The position numbers and the translations under genes are program-made. From Actinomycetales bacterium (GTDB lineage: Bacteria; Actinomycetota; Actinomycetes; Actinomycetales; JBBRBF01), in assembly GCA_038206105.1 (NCBI GenBank), contig JBBRBF010000004.1, forward strand, positions 8,053 through 72,052: 64,000 nucleotides of DNA, in the 5' to 3' direction. The notes beneath the pieces are model-generated. The model made no database searches, was not told the DNA's origin, and was given only the letters and a program-made list of their open reading frames with translations. How positions within the stretch are numbered: the stretch's first letter is position 1; each line of letters starts with the position of its first letter. Positions 25,412 through 36,381 of this stretch are shown here, one piece after another.

Positions 25412-25445
25412 GGCCCCCGGCCTCCGCATGGGAGGGCCGGGGGCC
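25412..25445 (-). terminator. Hairpin terminator candidate downstream of clpC
   Basis: ggcccccggcctcc gcat gggagggccgggggcc, 40 nt after the clpC stop. No U-tract, which is common in high-GC actinobacteria. Confidence 0.5.
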
Positions 25446-25484
25446 GCCGTGTCGTGCCGGGTGTTGCTGGTCGGTCGCTGCTGG

Positions 25485-27983
25485 TCAGTCGCTGCCGGCG
25501 GTCTCCACCGGGGGCGCGTCGGGCAGCTCGGTCTTGGTCTCGCCCGTGAAGGTGAACCGTGCACCGGCCCCCTCGCCCTCTGCGTCCACGACCACGATCT
25601 GGCCGGGACCGAGCTCTCCGAACAGGATCTTCTCGCTGAGCGTGTCCTCCAGCTCGCGCTGGATCGTGCGTCGCAGCGGCCGGGCCCCGAGCACCGGGTC
25701 GTACCCCCGCGTGGCGAGCAGGTGCTTCGCCGCCGGGGTGAGCTCGATGCCCATGTCCTTGTCCTTCAGGCGCTCCTCCAGCCGCGCGACCATGAGGTCG
25801 ACGATCTCGACGATCTCGTCCTGGGTGAGCTGCGGGAAGACGACGGTGTCGTCGACGCGGTTGAGGAACTCGGGGCGGAAGTGCTGCTTGAGCTCCTCGT
25901 TGACCTTCTGCTTCATCCGGTCGTAGTTCGTCGACAGGTCGCCGCCCGCCTGGAAGCCCATCTGCAGGCCCTTGGCGATGTCCCTCGTACCGAGGTTCGT
26001 CGTCATGATGATCACAGTGTTCTTGAAGTCGATCGTGCGGCCCTGGGAGTCGGTGAGCCGGCCGTCCTCCAGGATCTGCAGCAGTGAGTTGAAGATGTCG
26101 GCGTGCGCCTTCTCCACCTCGTCGAACAGGACCACAGAGAACGGACGACGCCGCACCTTCTCGGTGAGCTGGCCGCCCTCCTCGTAGCCGACGTACCCGG
26201 GCGGGGAGCCGAACAGCCGCGAGACGGTGTGCTTCTCGGAGAACTCGCTCATGTCGAGCTGGATCAGCGCGTCCTCGTCGCCGAAGAGGAACTCGGCGAG
26301 CGCCTTGGCGACCTCGGTCTTCCCGACACCGGTCGGCCCGGCGAAGATGAACGAGCCACCGGGACGCTTCGGGTCCTTCAGGCCCGCCCGCGTGCGGCGG
26401 ATCGCCTGCGACAGGGCCGAGACGGCGTCGTGCTGACCGACGATCCGCTTGTGCAGCTCGTCCTCCATGTGGAGCAGCCGGCCCGACTCCTCCTCCGTGA
26501 GCTTCACGATCGGGATGCCCGTCGAGGTGGCCAGGACCTCGGCGATGAGCTCGTCGTCGACCTCGGCGACGACGTCCATGTCGCCGGCCTTCCACTGCTT
26601 CTCGCGCTCGGCCTTCGCGGCGAGCAGCTTCTTCTCGCCGTCGCGCAGGTTCGCGGCCTTCTCGAAGTCCTGCGCGTCGATCGCGGACTCCTTCTCGCGC
26701 CGCACGTCGGCGATCTTCTCGTCGAACTCGCGCAGGTCCGGCGGCGCCGTCATCCGGCGGATCCGCAGCCGGGCACCCGCCTCGTCGATGAGGTCGATCG
26801 CCTTGTCGGGCAGGAACCGGTCGTTGACGTACCGGTCGGCGAGGGTCGCGGCCGCCACCAGCGCCGAGTCGGTGATCGACACCCGGTGGTGGGCCTCGTA
26901 CCGGTCGCGCAGGCCCTTGAGGATCTCGATGGCGTGCGGCAGGGTCGGCTCAGCGACCTGGATGGGCTGGAAGCGGCGCTCCAGCGCGGCGTCCTTCTCG
27001 ACGTTCTTGCGGTACTCGTCGAGGGTGGTCGCGCCGATGGTCTGCAGCTCGCCGCGCGCCAGCATCGGCTTGAGAATGCTCGCGGCGTCGATCGCGCCCT
27101 CAGCGGCGCCCGCCCCGACGAGGGTGTGGATCTCGTCGATGAACAGGATGATGTCGCCGCGGGTGCGGATCTCCTTGAGCACCTTCTTGAGGCGCTCCTC
27201 GAAGTCGCCGCGGTACCGGCTGCCAGCCACCAGGGCACCGAGGTCGAGCGTGTAGAGCTGCTTGTCCTTCAGCGTCTCGGGGACCTCGCCCTTGGTGATG
27301 TTGGTCGCGAGTCCCTCCACCACGGCGGTCTTGCCGACGCCGGGCTCCCCGATGAGCACCGGGTTGTTCTTGGTGCGGCGGGAGAGCACCTGCATCACCC
27401 GCTCGATCTCCTTTCCGCGCCCGATCACCGGGTCGAGCTTGCCCTCACGCGCCGACTGCGTGAGGTTGCGGCCGAACTGGTCGAGCACCAGCGACCCCGA
27501 GGGAGTGCCCTCCTGCGGGCCGCCGGACGTCGCCGGCTCCTTGCCCTGGTACCCGGAGAGGAGCTGCAGCACCTGCTGCCGGACCCGGTTGAGGTCCGCG
27601 CCGAGCTTGACGAGCACCTGGGCGGCAACGCCCTCACCCTCGCGGATCAGACCCAGCAGGATGTGCTCGGTCCCGATGTAGTTGTGACCGAGCTGGAGGG
27701 CCTCGCGCAGGCTGAGCTCCAGGACCTTCTTGGCCCGCGGGGTGAAGGGGATGTGCCCGGACGGCGCCTGCTGGCCCTGACCGATGATCTCCTGCACCTG
27801 CTCACGCACCGAGTCGAGGTTGATGCCGAGGGACTCCAGCGCCTTCGCGGCAACGCCCTCGCCCTCGTGGATCAGACCCAGCAGGATGTGCTCGGTCCCG
27901 ATGTAGTTGTGGTTGAGCATCCGGGCCTCTTCCTGGGCCAGGACGACAACGCGGCGGGCGCGGTCTGTGAACCTCTCGAACAT
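25485..27983 (-). CDS. clpC: ATP-dependent Clp protease ATP-binding subunit ClpC
   Basis: 832 aa with Clp-N repeats and two AAA+ modules ([16 protein letters not shown]). N-terminus [13 protein letters not shown]. Confidence 0.95.
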   Translation of the reverse strand: MFERFTDRARRVVVLAQEEARMLNHNYIGTEHILLGLIHEGEGVAAKALESLGINLDSVREQVQEIIGQGQQAPSGHIPFTPRAKKVLELSLREALQLGHNYIGTEHILLGLIREGEGVAAQVLVKLGADLNRVRQQVLQLLSGYQGKEPATSGGPQEGTPSGSLVLDQFGRNLTQSAREGKLDPVIGRGKEIERVMQVLSRRTKNNPVLIGEPGVGKTAVVEGLATNITKGEVPETLKDKQLYTLDLGALVAGSRYRGDFEERLKKVLKEIRTRGDIILFIDEIHTLVGAGAAEGAIDAASILKPMLARGELQTIGATTLDEYRKNVEKDAALERRFQPIQVAEPTLPHAIEILKGLRDRYEAHHRVSITDSALVAAATLADRYVNDRFLPDKAIDLIDEAGARLRIRRMTAPPDLREFDEKIADVRREKESAIDAQDFEKAANLRDGEKKLLAAKAEREKQWKAGDMDVVAEVDDELIAEVLATSTGIPIVKLTEEESGRLLHMEDELHKRIVGQHDAVSALSQAIRRTRAGLKDPKRPGGSFIFAGPTGVGKTEVAKALAEFLFGDEDALIQLDMSEFSEKHTVSRLFGSPPGYVGYEEGGQLTEKVRRRPFSVVLFDEVEKAHADIFNSLLQILEDGRLTDSQGRTIDFKNTVIIMTTNLGTRDIAKGLQMGFQAGGDLSTNYDRMKQKVNEELKQHFRPEFLNRVDDTVVFPQLTQDEIVEIVDLMVARLEERLKDKDMGIELTPAAKHLLATRGYDPVLGARPLRRTIQRELEDTLSEKILFGELGPGQIVVVDAEGEGAGARFTFTGETKTELPDAPPVETAGSD

Positions 27984-28164
27984 GCGTGACGCTCCTCGCG
28001 AGCGGTCGGCGGCGGGGGCCTGCGGTCCCCTGCTGACTCTTCGATGCTATCCCCGGTCGTGGACGCACGCCGTGTCCGCGTGCACCGCGGCCCGGGGGTA
28101 CCGAACCGTGTGACCGTGTCCTTCGGCTCAACCGAGTCCCGACCACAGGTGTTCCGGACGTCGT

Positions 28165-28181
28165 GTTCGCCGCTGGCGGAC
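28165..28181 (-). promoter_or_regulatory. ClgR-type operator candidate (half-degenerate)
   Basis: GTTCGC cgctg GCGGAC upstream of clpC. Confidence 0.4.
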
Positions 28182-28205
28182 GCTCGCGCCTGGTTCCTCC
28201 CGCGA

Positions 28206-28222
28206 GTTCGCTGACGGCGAAC
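28206..28222 (-). promoter_or_regulatory. ClgR-type operator candidate (perfect palindrome)
   Basis: GTTCGC tgacg GCGAAC, about 225 nt upstream of the clpC start. Confidence 0.55.
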
Positions 28223-28291
28223 GCACTCCGGCGGAGTCGGCGGGTCCCCGAAGCCCGCAGACGCCGTCCCGGTCGTCACCTGCGCCCGGCG

Positions 28292-28654
28292 TCAGCCGTT
28301 CGCCGCGTGGTAGGCCTCGAGCACGTCCGCCTTGATCCGGCCCCGCTCGCTCACGGCGTAGCCGTTCTGCTTGGCCCACTCGCGGACGGTGGCGGTGTCG
28401 GGTCCCGCCGTCGCGGCCGCGCGCGACCCCGAGCGGCGACCCGCCCCCCGTCCGGACCCCGACCGTGCCGAGGACCGGCCACCGGTGCGCCGGGCGTGCC
28501 CGACCCAGGCAGCGAGCTCCTCGCGCATCCGCGCCGCGTTGTCCTCGTTCAGGTCGATCTCGTAGCTCACGCCGTCCAGGGCGAACGAGACCGTCTCGAC
28601 CGCGTCGCCGCCATCGAGGTCGTCGACCAGGATGACCTGCACCTTCTGTGCCAT
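28292..28654 (-). CDS. lsr2: Nucleoid-associated protein Lsr2
   Basis: [16 protein letters not shown]... N-terminal dimerisation domain, R/G-rich linker and C-terminal RGRI AT-hook-like DNA-binding motif. Confidence 0.9.
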   Translation of the reverse strand: MAQKVQVILVDDLDGGDAVETVSFALDGVSYEIDLNEDNAARMREELAAWVGHARRTGGRSSARSGSGRGAGRRSGSRAAATAGPDTATVREWAKQNGYAVSERGRIKADVLEAYHAANG

Positions 28655-28933
28655 GAATCTGCCCACCAGCTCGTCGTCGGGGAAATGCGAGAGAAAGACG
28701 GAGAAAACCTCCGGCCGTCCACAGGGGCGGCCTCATGATTATGAGAGGCCGCGATCACCGGCGTCAATTCGAGTGCTATTCGGTGTGTCCGATTCCGTGA
28801 CGCCGGTCGCATTTCGCGACCACGCGCTCGCTGCACGTCACCGCGGGAAAGCCAGAAGGCGGAAAGCCTGCCGGCCGTGACCGAGGAGAACTGAGAACCG
28901 ACGGGAACGGCGAGAACCGGCGGGAGGGGTCCG

Positions 28934-29140
28934 TCAGGCCGGCGGTCGGTCACCGTCGTCCGGGGTGACCTCGGGGGTCACGTGCTCCGTGCCGACGCGC
29001 GCCTCCTCGGCGACGCGCTCCCGCTCCAGCCGTGCCACGGCGGCGCGCTCGGTGCGGTCCGCCCGCAGCATCGCCCGGATCGCCACGACGAACAGGAACA
29101 GCACCCCCGCGGACGGGACCAGCGCGACGAGGTACTCCAC
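28934..29140 (-). CDS. Hypothetical small membrane protein
   Basis: 68 aa with one TM helix (LVALVPSAGVLFLFVVAI). GTG start, no clear RBS. Confidence 0.4.
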   Translation of the reverse strand: MEYLVALVPSAGVLFLFVVAIRAMLRADRTERAAVARLERERVAEEARVGTEHVTPEVTPDDGDRPPA

Positions 29141-29203
29141 CGGGCAAGCGTACGCAGCAGCCCGCCCGCCGCTCGCGTCGGCGCCCGCGGCGCTCCGCTC
29201 CCG

Positions 29204-30754
29204 CTACTCGGGGCGGACCAGCGGGAACAGGATGGTCTCGCGGATGCCGAGCCCGGTCAGGGCCATCATCAACCGGTCGATCCCCATCCCCTGCCCGCCG
29301 GCGGGTGGCATCCCGAGCTCCATCGCGCGCAGGAAGTCCTCGTCGACGCGCATCGCCTCGTCGTCACCGGCCGCACCGAGCCGTGCCTGCTCCTCGAACC
29401 GCCGCCGCTGCACCACCGGGTCGTTCAGCTCGGAGTACCCGGTCGCGAGCTCGAAGCCGCGCACGTACAGGTCCCACTTCTCGACGACGCGGGCGTCGTC
29501 CGGCGTCGACTTGGTCAGAGGAGACGTCTCGACGGGAAAGTCCAGCACGAACGTCGGGGCGTGCAGGTGGTCGCCGACGAGGTGCTCCCACAGCCCCTCG
29601 ACGAGCACGCCGTGCGACGCGCGGGCGGGGCCGACCTCCAGCCCCGTGCGCTCGGCGTGCCGGCGCAGCGCAGGCGCGTCGGTGTCGGGGGTGACCTCCT
29701 CGCCGAGGGCCGCCGACAGCGAGGGGTACATCCGAAGCCGCTCCCACCGCCCGCCGAGGTCGTACTCGCTCCCGTCGACCAGGGTCACGGTCGTGCCCCC
29801 GCTCGCGGCGCTCGCGGCGCCCCGGACCAGCTCGACGGTGAGGTCGGCGACCGAGGTGTAGTCGCCGTAGGCGGCGTAGAACTCGAGCATCGCGAACTCG
29901 GGCGAGTGGGAGGAGTCGGCGCCCTCGTTGCGGAAGTTGCGGTTGATCTCGAAGACCCGCTCCAGGCCACCCACCAGCGCGCGCTTGAGGAACAGCTCGG
30001 GGGCGATCCGCAGGAACAGGTCCATCCCCATCGCGTTCGACCGCGTGACGAACGGCCGGGCCGTCGCGCCTCCGTGCTGCGTCTGCAGCATCGGCGTCTC
30101 GACCTCCGTGAAGCCGTGGGCGTGGAACGTCTCGCGCAGGCTGCGCACGACCGCTGCCCGGGTGCGCGCCGCCCTGCGGGCCTCCGGCCGGACGACGAGG
30201 TCGGCGTACCGCTGCCGGACCCGGGACTCCTCGGCCATCTCCTTGTGCAGCACCGGCAACGGGCGCAGCGCCTTGGCGGCCATCCGCCACTCCTCGGCCA
30301 TCACGCTCAGCTCGCCGCGGCGGCTGGCGACGACCCTGCCGCGGACGAAGACGTGGTCACCGAGGTCGACGTCCGCCTTCCAGTCCGTCAGCGCCCGCGC
30401 CCCGGCGACCGACTCGCTCAGCATCACCTGGAGCCGCGGGGCGACGTCGTCGACGCCCGCCTGCATCCCCTGCTGGATCGTCGCGAAGCACAGCCGGCCG
30501 GTGGTGCGGACGAACACGACGCGACCCGCGACGCCCACGACGTCGTCGGTCTCCTGGCCCGGCTCGAGGTGGCCGTGGCACGCGCGGACGTCGGCGAGGG
30601 TCGTCGTCACCGGGACTGCGACCGGGTAGGCGCCGCCGGCGGCCTCGATGCGCTCCCGCTTCTCGCGCCGGACGCGGACCTGCTCCGGCAGCGCGTCGTC
30701 GGCGTCCTCGGTCGCGGCGACCGCGTCTGCCGCGTCACGCTGCTGGTGGGTCAC
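29204..30754 (-). CDS. lysS: Lysine--tRNA ligase (class II)
   Basis: OB anticodon-binding domain plus class II core ([33 protein letters not shown]). GTG 30754 chosen just downstream of the panC stop. Confidence 0.9.
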   Translation of the reverse strand: MTHQQRDAADAVAATEDADDALPEQVRVRREKRERIEAAGGAYPVAVPVTTTLADVRACHGHLEPGQETDDVVGVAGRVVFVRTTGRLCFATIQQGMQAGVDDVAPRLQVMLSESVAGARALTDWKADVDLGDHVFVRGRVVASRRGELSVMAEEWRMAAKALRPLPVLHKEMAEESRVRQRYADLVVRPEARRAARTRAAVVRSLRETFHAHGFTEVETPMLQTQHGGATARPFVTRSNAMGMDLFLRIAPELFLKRALVGGLERVFEINRNFRNEGADSSHSPEFAMLEFYAAYGDYTSVADLTVELVRGAASAASGGTTVTLVDGSEYDLGGRWERLRMYPSLSAALGEEVTPDTDAPALRRHAERTGLEVGPARASHGVLVEGLWEHLVGDHLHAPTFVLDFPVETSPLTKSTPDDARVVEKWDLYVRGFELATGYSELNDPVVQRRRFEEQARLGAAGDDEAMRVDEDFLRAMELGMPPAGGQGMGIDRLMMALTGLGIRETILFPLVRPE

Positions 30755-30786
30755 GGCGGGCAAGGCTAGCGACGCGTCCCGCGGGG

Positions 30787-31695
30787 TCAGCCGACCGGCA
30801 GCGGCCGGCCGACCGCCAGCGGCGCGTTGTCGATCAGGCGGGTGGCCCCCACGCGGGCGGCGACCGCGAGCAGCGCGTCGCCCCGGTACCACTCCGGCAC
30901 GTCCTCCAGCGTGCTCGGGTGCGCGAGCACGAGGTAGTCCACCCGGCAGGCCGGCTCGGCCACGAGCACGTCGCGGGCCGCGCGCCGGACGGCGCTGGCG
31001 CCCTCACCGGCGGCGGCGGCACCGGCCCGCAGCGCCCGCGACAGGCACAGGGACACCTCGCGGTCGAAGCCGGTGAGGAAGGCGTTGCGGCTGCTGAGCG
31101 CCAGCCCGTCGTCCTCGCGCACCGTGGGGACGGCGACGATCTCGGTGTCGAAGTCGAGGTCGCGGACCAACCGCCGGATCAGCAGCAGCTGCTGGGCGTC
31201 CTTCTGGCCGAAGTACGCGAGGTCGGCCCGGGTCAGGTGCAGCAGCTTGGCGACCACGGTGAGCACCCCGTCGAAGTGCCCGGGCCGCGAGGCGCCCTCC
31301 AGCACCTCGCCCAGGTGGCCGGAGCCGATCCTGATGCCGGGGTCGCCGTCGGGGTAGACGACGTCCGGACCCGGCGCGAGCACGAGGTCGACACCCTCGG
31401 CGCTGAGCATCTCGATGTCGGCGTCCAGCGTGCGGGGGTACTTGGCGAGGTCCTCGGTCGGCCCGAACTGCAGCGGGTTGAGGAAGATCGTCACCACGAC
31501 CGAGGCCGCCCGGCGTCGCGCCTCGCGGACCAGCGCGGTGTGCCCGCGGTGCAGGGCGCCCATCGTCATCACGACCGCCACCGGGCCCGGCAGGCCCGCG
31601 AGGGCGGCGGCGAGCTCGGCGCGCGTGCGGACGACGTCCGGGCCTGACGCGGTGCTGCGGAGGTCCGTCACGGCGCGCACGCTACCGGCGCGCAC
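30787..31695 (-). CDS. panC: Pantoate--beta-alanine ligase
   Basis: MGALHRGH motif, FLNPLQFGP and YFGQKDAQQ blocks. Confidence 0.9.
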   Translation of the reverse strand: MRAGSVRAVTDLRSTASGPDVVRTRAELAAALAGLPGPVAVVMTMGALHRGHTALVREARRRAASVVVTIFLNPLQFGPTEDLAKYPRTLDADIEMLSAEGVDLVLAPGPDVVYPDGDPGIRIGSGHLGEVLEGASRPGHFDGVLTVVAKLLHLTRADLAYFGQKDAQQLLLIRRLVRDLDFDTEIVAVPTVREDDGLALSSRNAFLTGFDREVSLCLSRALRAGAAAAGEGASAVRRAARDVLVAEPACRVDYLVLAHPSTLEDVPEWYRGDALLAVAARVGATRLIDNAPLAVGRPLPVG

Positions 31696-31716
31696 CGGCC
31701 CGACCGGGACGCCGGG

Positions 31717-32628
31717 TCAGGGCCGGCGGTCCGCGAGGGCGTCGAGCAGCGCCTCCGCCGCCTCCGGACGCAGGCGCCCGGTCGCGAGCGAGCGCTCGGC
31801 CGTCGCGCGGGCCAGCGCGCGATAGGTGGCGAGCACGTCGGGTGTGCCCGCGCGCTCGGCCTCGGCGGCGAGCACGTCGCGGTGGGCGACGACCGTGCCG
31901 GCGTCGCCGCGGGCCACCGGCCCCGTGAGGGCCTCGTCACCGCTGCGAAGCGCGTTGTCCAGCGTGGCGTGCAGCAGCGGTCCGAGCAGCCGACCGGTCG
32001 CCTCGACCCCCGCCGCGCGCAGCAGCTGGGCAGCCTGCGCCACGAGCGTGACGAGGTGGTTGGAGCCGTGGGCCAGTGCCGCGTGGTAGAGCGGACGGTC
32101 CGCCTCGGCGACGACGACGGGCTCGGCGCCCATCTCGACGACCAGTGCCTGCGCCACGGGCAGCACCGGTCCGGGTGCCGTGACACCGAAGCACGCGTCG
32201 GCGAGCCGCGGCAGGTCGATGCTCGTGCCGGTGAACGTCATCACCGGGTGCAGCGCCAGCGGGATCGCCCCGGAGCGGGCGGCGGGTGCGAGGACGTCGA
32301 CGCCGTGCCGGCCGCTGGTGTGCACGACGAGCTGACCCGGCTGCCACGCCCCGGTGGCCGCCAGGCCGACGACGAGGTCGGAGAGCGCGTCATCCGGCAC
32401 GGCCAGCAGCACGAGCTCGGCCCGTTCGACGACCGCTGCCACGTCCAGCACCGGCACACCCGGCAGCAGCGCGTCGACCCGCTCGCGGCTCGCCGCGGAG
32501 ACCGCGGTGGCACCGACGACCGCGTGGCCGGCCGCGCGCAGGGCGCTGCCGAGCACGGCGCCGACGCGACCGGCACCGACCACGCCGACGCCGAGGCGGC
32601 CGGGGCGGTCCCCGGGGGCAGCCGTCAT
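31717..32628 (-). CDS. Rossmann-like and DUF2520 domain-containing protein (putative oxidoreductase)
   Basis: ATG 32628. VGVVGAGRVG dinucleotide fold and a DUF2520-like C-terminal half (YHAALAHGSNHLV, TGPVARGD). Confidence 0.75.
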   Translation of the reverse strand: MTAAPGDRPGRLGVGVVGAGRVGAVLGSALRAAGHAVVGATAVSAASRERVDALLPGVPVLDVAAVVERAELVLLAVPDDALSDLVVGLAATGAWQPGQLVVHTSGRHGVDVLAPAARSGAIPLALHPVMTFTGTSIDLPRLADACFGVTAPGPVLPVAQALVVEMGAEPVVVAEADRPLYHAALAHGSNHLVTLVAQAAQLLRAAGVEATGRLLGPLLHATLDNALRSGDEALTGPVARGDAGTVVAHRDVLAAEAERAGTPDVLATYRALARATAERSLATGRLRPEAAEALLDALADRRP

Positions 32629-32692
32629 GGCGGGCGAGCCTAGGGCGCGCCGCACCCGGGTCGGGCACCCCGGGCACGTAGGCTCGGCCGGC

Positions 32693-33418
32693 GTGGGACG
32701 GCACGAGCGGGTCGCGGCGCTCGCGGGCCTCGACCGGCCGGGCCTGGCCGTCGCGGACCTCGGCTGCGCCCAGGGCCGCACCGTGCGCGCACTGCTCGCC
32801 GAGGCGCACCCGCCGGCCGTCGTCCACGCCCTCGACCAGGGAAGCGACCTCGACGACGACGTGCTGCACGACGCGCGGGTCGTCAGCCGCGTCGCAGACC
32901 TCGACGACACGCTGCCGCTGGACGACGCGAGCCTCGACCGGGCCGTGTCGCTCAACGTCGTGGAGCACCTCGCGGACCCGGTCGCTCACCTGGCCGAGTG
33001 CCGGCGCGTGCTACGCCCCGGCGGGCTGCTCGTGCTGGCGCACAGCGACTGGGACACCGCGCTGTTCACCGGCACGGACGACCCCCTGACGCGCGAGCTC
33101 GTCGACCGGTTCGTGGCCGTGGTGCCCAACTGGGCCGAGCGCGCCGACGGCTTCATGGGCCGCAAGCTGCTCGCTCTCGCCGCCGCCGGCGAGGGCTGGG
33201 GGACCGCGGCCGTCGACGCGTGGGCGGACCCCCACCGCCGCTTCGACGACGGTTCGGTGGCGTGGAAGGTCGCGATGGGGATGCTCGCCGCCGCCAAGGA
33301 CGACGCCGCCCTCGCCGGCCGCGGTGCGGGTTGGGTGGAGGGGCTGCGCCGGCTCGCCGACGCCGGCCAGTTCCTGTTCGCCGTCACCGACGTGGCGGTG
33401 GTGCTCCGCCGCGGCTGA
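32693..33418 (+). CDS. Class I SAM-dependent methyltransferase
   Basis: GTG 32693. VADLGCAQG motif I and LRPGGLLVL. Confidence 0.7.
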   Translation: MGRHERVAALAGLDRPGLAVADLGCAQGRTVRALLAEAHPPAVVHALDQGSDLDDDVLHDARVVSRVADLDDTLPLDDASLDRAVSLNVVEHLADPVAHLAECRRVLRPGGLLVLAHSDWDTALFTGTDDPLTRELVDRFVAVVPNWAERADGFMGRKLLALAAAGEGWGTAAVDAWADPHRRFDDGSVAWKVAMGMLAAAKDDAALAGRGAGWVEGLRRLADAGQFLFAVTDVAVVLRRG

Positions 33419-33471
33419 GCCGGCTCCTCACGCGACGAGCCTCCTCACGCGAGGGGCCGGGGCCGGCTCGG

Positions 33472-34308
33472 TCAGGCGGGTCCGCGCAGCTCCTGCGTGC
33501 AGCACCTGGCGCTGCCGCCGCCCTTGAGCAGCTCGGAGAGGTCGACCGGCACCGGCACGTACCCGCGCTCCGCGAGCTGCGCCGCCAGCTTCTCGGCGCG
33601 CTCGGGCAGCACCACGTTGACGCCGTCGCTGACCGCGTTGAGCCCGAGCACCTCGGCGTCGGTCTCGTCCGCCACGACGGCCTCGGGGAACATCCGCTCC
33701 AGCACGCGGCGGCTGCCCTCGCTGAAGGCCGGCGGGTACCAGGCGATCTGGCCCTCGCCGGGGGTGTCGTCCAGCACGGCCAGCGCCGTGTCCAGGTGGT
33801 AGAAGCGCTCGTCGACGAGGCGGAGGCTCACGACGGGCATGCCCACCGCGTCCGAGAGCTCTGCGTGCCCGCGGGGGTCGGTGCGGAAGCCGTACCCCGC
33901 GAGCACGACGTCGCCCAGCACGGCGAAGTCGCCCTCGGCCTCGTTCGTCCAGCGCGGCGCGCGGACGTCGAGCCACCCGAGGTCCGCCGCCGCAGCGGTG
34001 TGCCACGCCAGGTGGTGACCGGCCTCGGCGGCGCGCTCGGGACGGGCGAACCGCGCCCCCAGCACACGCCCGTCGACCACGGTGGCGCCGTTGGCGGCGA
34101 AGACCATGTCGGGCAGCCCGGGCTGCGGCGTCAGCAGGTCGACCCGGTGCCCGAGCGCACGGTAGGTGCCGACCAGCGCCTGCCACTGCTCCATCGCGCG
34201 GGCGGTGTCGACCGGGCGGGCGGCGTCCATCCACGGGTTGATCTCGTAGCGCACCTCGAAGTGCTCGGGTGCGCACATCAGGTAGCGGCGGGGCGCGGCA
34301 ATGGTCAT
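33472..34308 (-). CDS. Amidinotransferase/DDAH-family (guanidino-group modifying) enzyme
   Basis: ATG 34308. RRYLMCAPEHFEVRYEINPWM start and a C-terminal catalytic-Cys block GGGSARCCTQEL. Confidence 0.75.
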   Translation of the reverse strand: MTIAAPRRYLMCAPEHFEVRYEINPWMDAARPVDTARAMEQWQALVGTYRALGHRVDLLTPQPGLPDMVFAANGATVVDGRVLGARFARPERAAEAGHHLAWHTAAAADLGWLDVRAPRWTNEAEGDFAVLGDVVLAGYGFRTDPRGHAELSDAVGMPVVSLRLVDERFYHLDTALAVLDDTPGEGQIAWYPPAFSEGSRRVLERMFPEAVVADETDAEVLGLNAVSDGVNVVLPERAEKLAAQLAERGYVPVPVDLSELLKGGGSARCCTQELRGPA

Positions 34309-34373
34309 GCGGCTGAGCGTAAGGTCGGACGTGACGCAACACCACGTCGAAGTCATGCGAAGGGAGCATCAGT

Positions 34374-34802
34374 ATGTTAAATCTCGATGACATAGACCGG
34401 CAGATCGTTGCGTCGCTGATCGAGGACGCCCGCCAGAGCTACGCGGTGATCGGGGCGCGCGTGTCGCTCAGCGCCCCCGCGGTGAAGCGGAGGGTCGACC
34501 GGCTCCGCGCCGAGGGCGTGCTGCGCGGCTTCACCGCCGACGTGGACCCCGCTGCGCTCGGTTGGCGGGTGCAGGGCTTCGTCGAGCTGTTCTGCGACGG
34601 CCGTGTGCCCCCGGCGGCGATCCGGGCGATGGTCGCCGACATCCCCGAGGTGGCGCAGGCGTGGACGGTCACCGGGGACGCCGACGCCCTGGTCGAGATC
34701 CGAGCGAGCGACATGACGCACTTCGAGGACGTGCTGGAGGCGGTGCGGGACAACGAGCGGGTCCGCTCGACCCGCTCCACGATCGTGCTGTCACGGCTCT
34801 GA
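34374..34802 (+). CDS. Lrp/AsnC-family transcriptional regulator
   Basis: 142 aa with an N-terminal HTH (LDDIDRQIVASLIEDARQSYAVIGARVSLSAPAVKRRV) and a RAM domain. GAAGGGAG RBS. Divergent from the DDAH-like gene. Confidence 0.9.
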   Translation: MLNLDDIDRQIVASLIEDARQSYAVIGARVSLSAPAVKRRVDRLRAEGVLRGFTADVDPAALGWRVQGFVELFCDGRVPPAAIRAMVADIPEVAQAWTVTGDADALVEIRASDMTHFEDVLEAVRDNERVRSTRSTIVLSRL

Positions 34803-34839
34803 CCAGGATCTCGATCCCGACCGGGTCAGCCTCGAGCCG

Positions 34840-36381
34840 TCACGGCTCGGATCGCTGTTGCATCCACCGCTCGGGAGGCGCGGCCGCCCGGGCCGACCGG
34901 GCCCGCTCCGCCTGCTCGTCGAGCAGCCGCCCCGCCACGCCGGCGTCGAGGTGGTGCACGCCGGGTGACACGGGCCCGGGCGTGGAGTGCGCGAGGACGG
35001 CCGCGACGTCGAGGCGGCGCTGCAGGGGGCCCTGGCGGATCGCGAGGCTCTGCGTCCGCTCGTGCGGCACGACGTCCAGCTGCCGCCAGAGCCGGCCGCG
35101 GCGGCACAGCAGCGCGCGGTCGGTCACGCGGAAGCCGTTGCGCCGCCAGCCGACGAGGTCGAGCCACCGGGACCGGCGGGGTGCGCCGACGAAGCCCCGG
35201 GGGTCCTCGTCACCCGTCGCCCCCTCCAGCCCGGCCGCGACCACCTCCCAGGGGTCGTCGGGGGTCCCGAGGTCCGGCAGCACCAGGGAGAGGACGGTGA
35301 TGGCGTCGCGGCGCGGACCCACCGGCAGCAGCACGTTCTGGTCCGAGCCGCCCTGCTCGGCGCCGGTGGCGTAGCCGGCCACGTTGACCTCGACGCGCCA
35401 CCAGTCCACGGGCCGCCACAGCAGCGGCTGCGACAGCCGGACCGCCTGCACCCGACCGGGGGGCACGGTCTGCGCCCGCGACTCCAGCAGCCCGTGGCGC
35501 AGGCGCACGCCGTCCGCCGACGTGGCGACCCGGAAAGAGAAGCCCCGGTTGAAGCGGGACCACGTCGCGCCCACGAACCCGAGCAGGGCCGGCGCGAACC
35601 CGAGCAGCACCCCGGGGGTGTCGAGCACGACCCCGACCACCACCACGACGACGACGGCGACCACGAGCGCCACAGTGGTCCCGCTGAGCAGGAGGGATCC
35701 GACGAGCCGGTCGACGGGGACCTCCAGCACCGACGTCTCCGGTGCCTCCGGTGCATCCTCGCCCTCGGCGTAGCGGACGCCGGCCGCGCGCGCCAGCAGC
35801 GTGTTGCGCAGCCGCTGCGCCTCGGCCTCGGGCAGGTACGCCAGCTTGACGTCGCTGCCGGCGCCGCCCGCGACCTCCAGCTTGAGCTCGGTCAGGCCGA
35901 GCAGCCGGGCGAGCAGGGGCTGCACGACGTCGACCGCCTGCAGCCGGTCCAGCTGCGCCTGGCGCTGGGTGCGGTTGAGCACGCCCGAGTGCAGGTGCAC
36001 GGCGTCAGGACCGACCTGGTAGCGCGTCATCCGCCACGCCAGGGCCGAGTACACGGCCGCGACCACGACCCCCGCGACGAGGATGCCCGCGCTGACCAGC
36101 AGCTCGGTGCCACCGGGCAGGTCGCGGCCCGCGAAGAGGTTGTCACCGGTCTGCTGCACGTAGATCGCCAGCAGCACCGCGATGATCTTCCAGCCCTTCA
36201 CGACCGGCGTGACCGGGTGCATCCGGTGCCACTGCCCGTCCGCCTCCGGCGCGCCCGGTGCGGCCGGTGCATCCGGCGCGGCGGGCGTGTGCGGCGCGTC
36301 CGGGGAGACGTCCATGGCCTCGTCCGCGGGGGCGTCGGCGGAGCCGGCCGCCGGGACCTCGGGTCCGCCGGTGGCGGTCAC
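34840..36381 (-). CDS. PH-domain (bPH_2, YdbT-like) membrane protein
   Basis: GTG start overlaps the upstream stop (GTGA). Repeated TM-pair plus PH-like modules. Tail of track ORF 34840..36720. Confidence 0.7.
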   Translation of the reverse strand: MTATGGPEVPAAGSADAPADEAMDVSPDAPHTPAAPDAPAAPGAPEADGQWHRMHPVTPVVKGWKIIAVLLAIYVQQTGDNLFAGRDLPGGTELLVSAGILVAGVVVAAVYSALAWRMTRYQVGPDAVHLHSGVLNRTQRQAQLDRLQAVDVVQPLLARLLGLTELKLEVAGGAGSDVKLAYLPEAEAQRLRNTLLARAAGVRYAEGEDAPEAPETSVLEVPVDRLVGSLLLSGTTVALVVAVVVVVVVGVVLDTPGVLLGFAPALLGFVGATWSRFNRGFSFRVATSADGVRLRHGLLESRAQTVPPGRVQAVRLSQPLLWRPVDWWRVEVNVAGYATGAEQGGSDQNVLLPVGPRRDAITVLSLVLPDLGTPDDPWEVVAAGLEGATGDEDPRGFVGAPRRSRWLDLVGWRRNGFRVTDRALLCRRGRLWRQLDVVPHERTQSLAIRQGPLQRRLDVAAVLAHSTPGPVSPGVHHLDAGVAGRLLDEQAERARSARAAAPPERWMQQRSEP

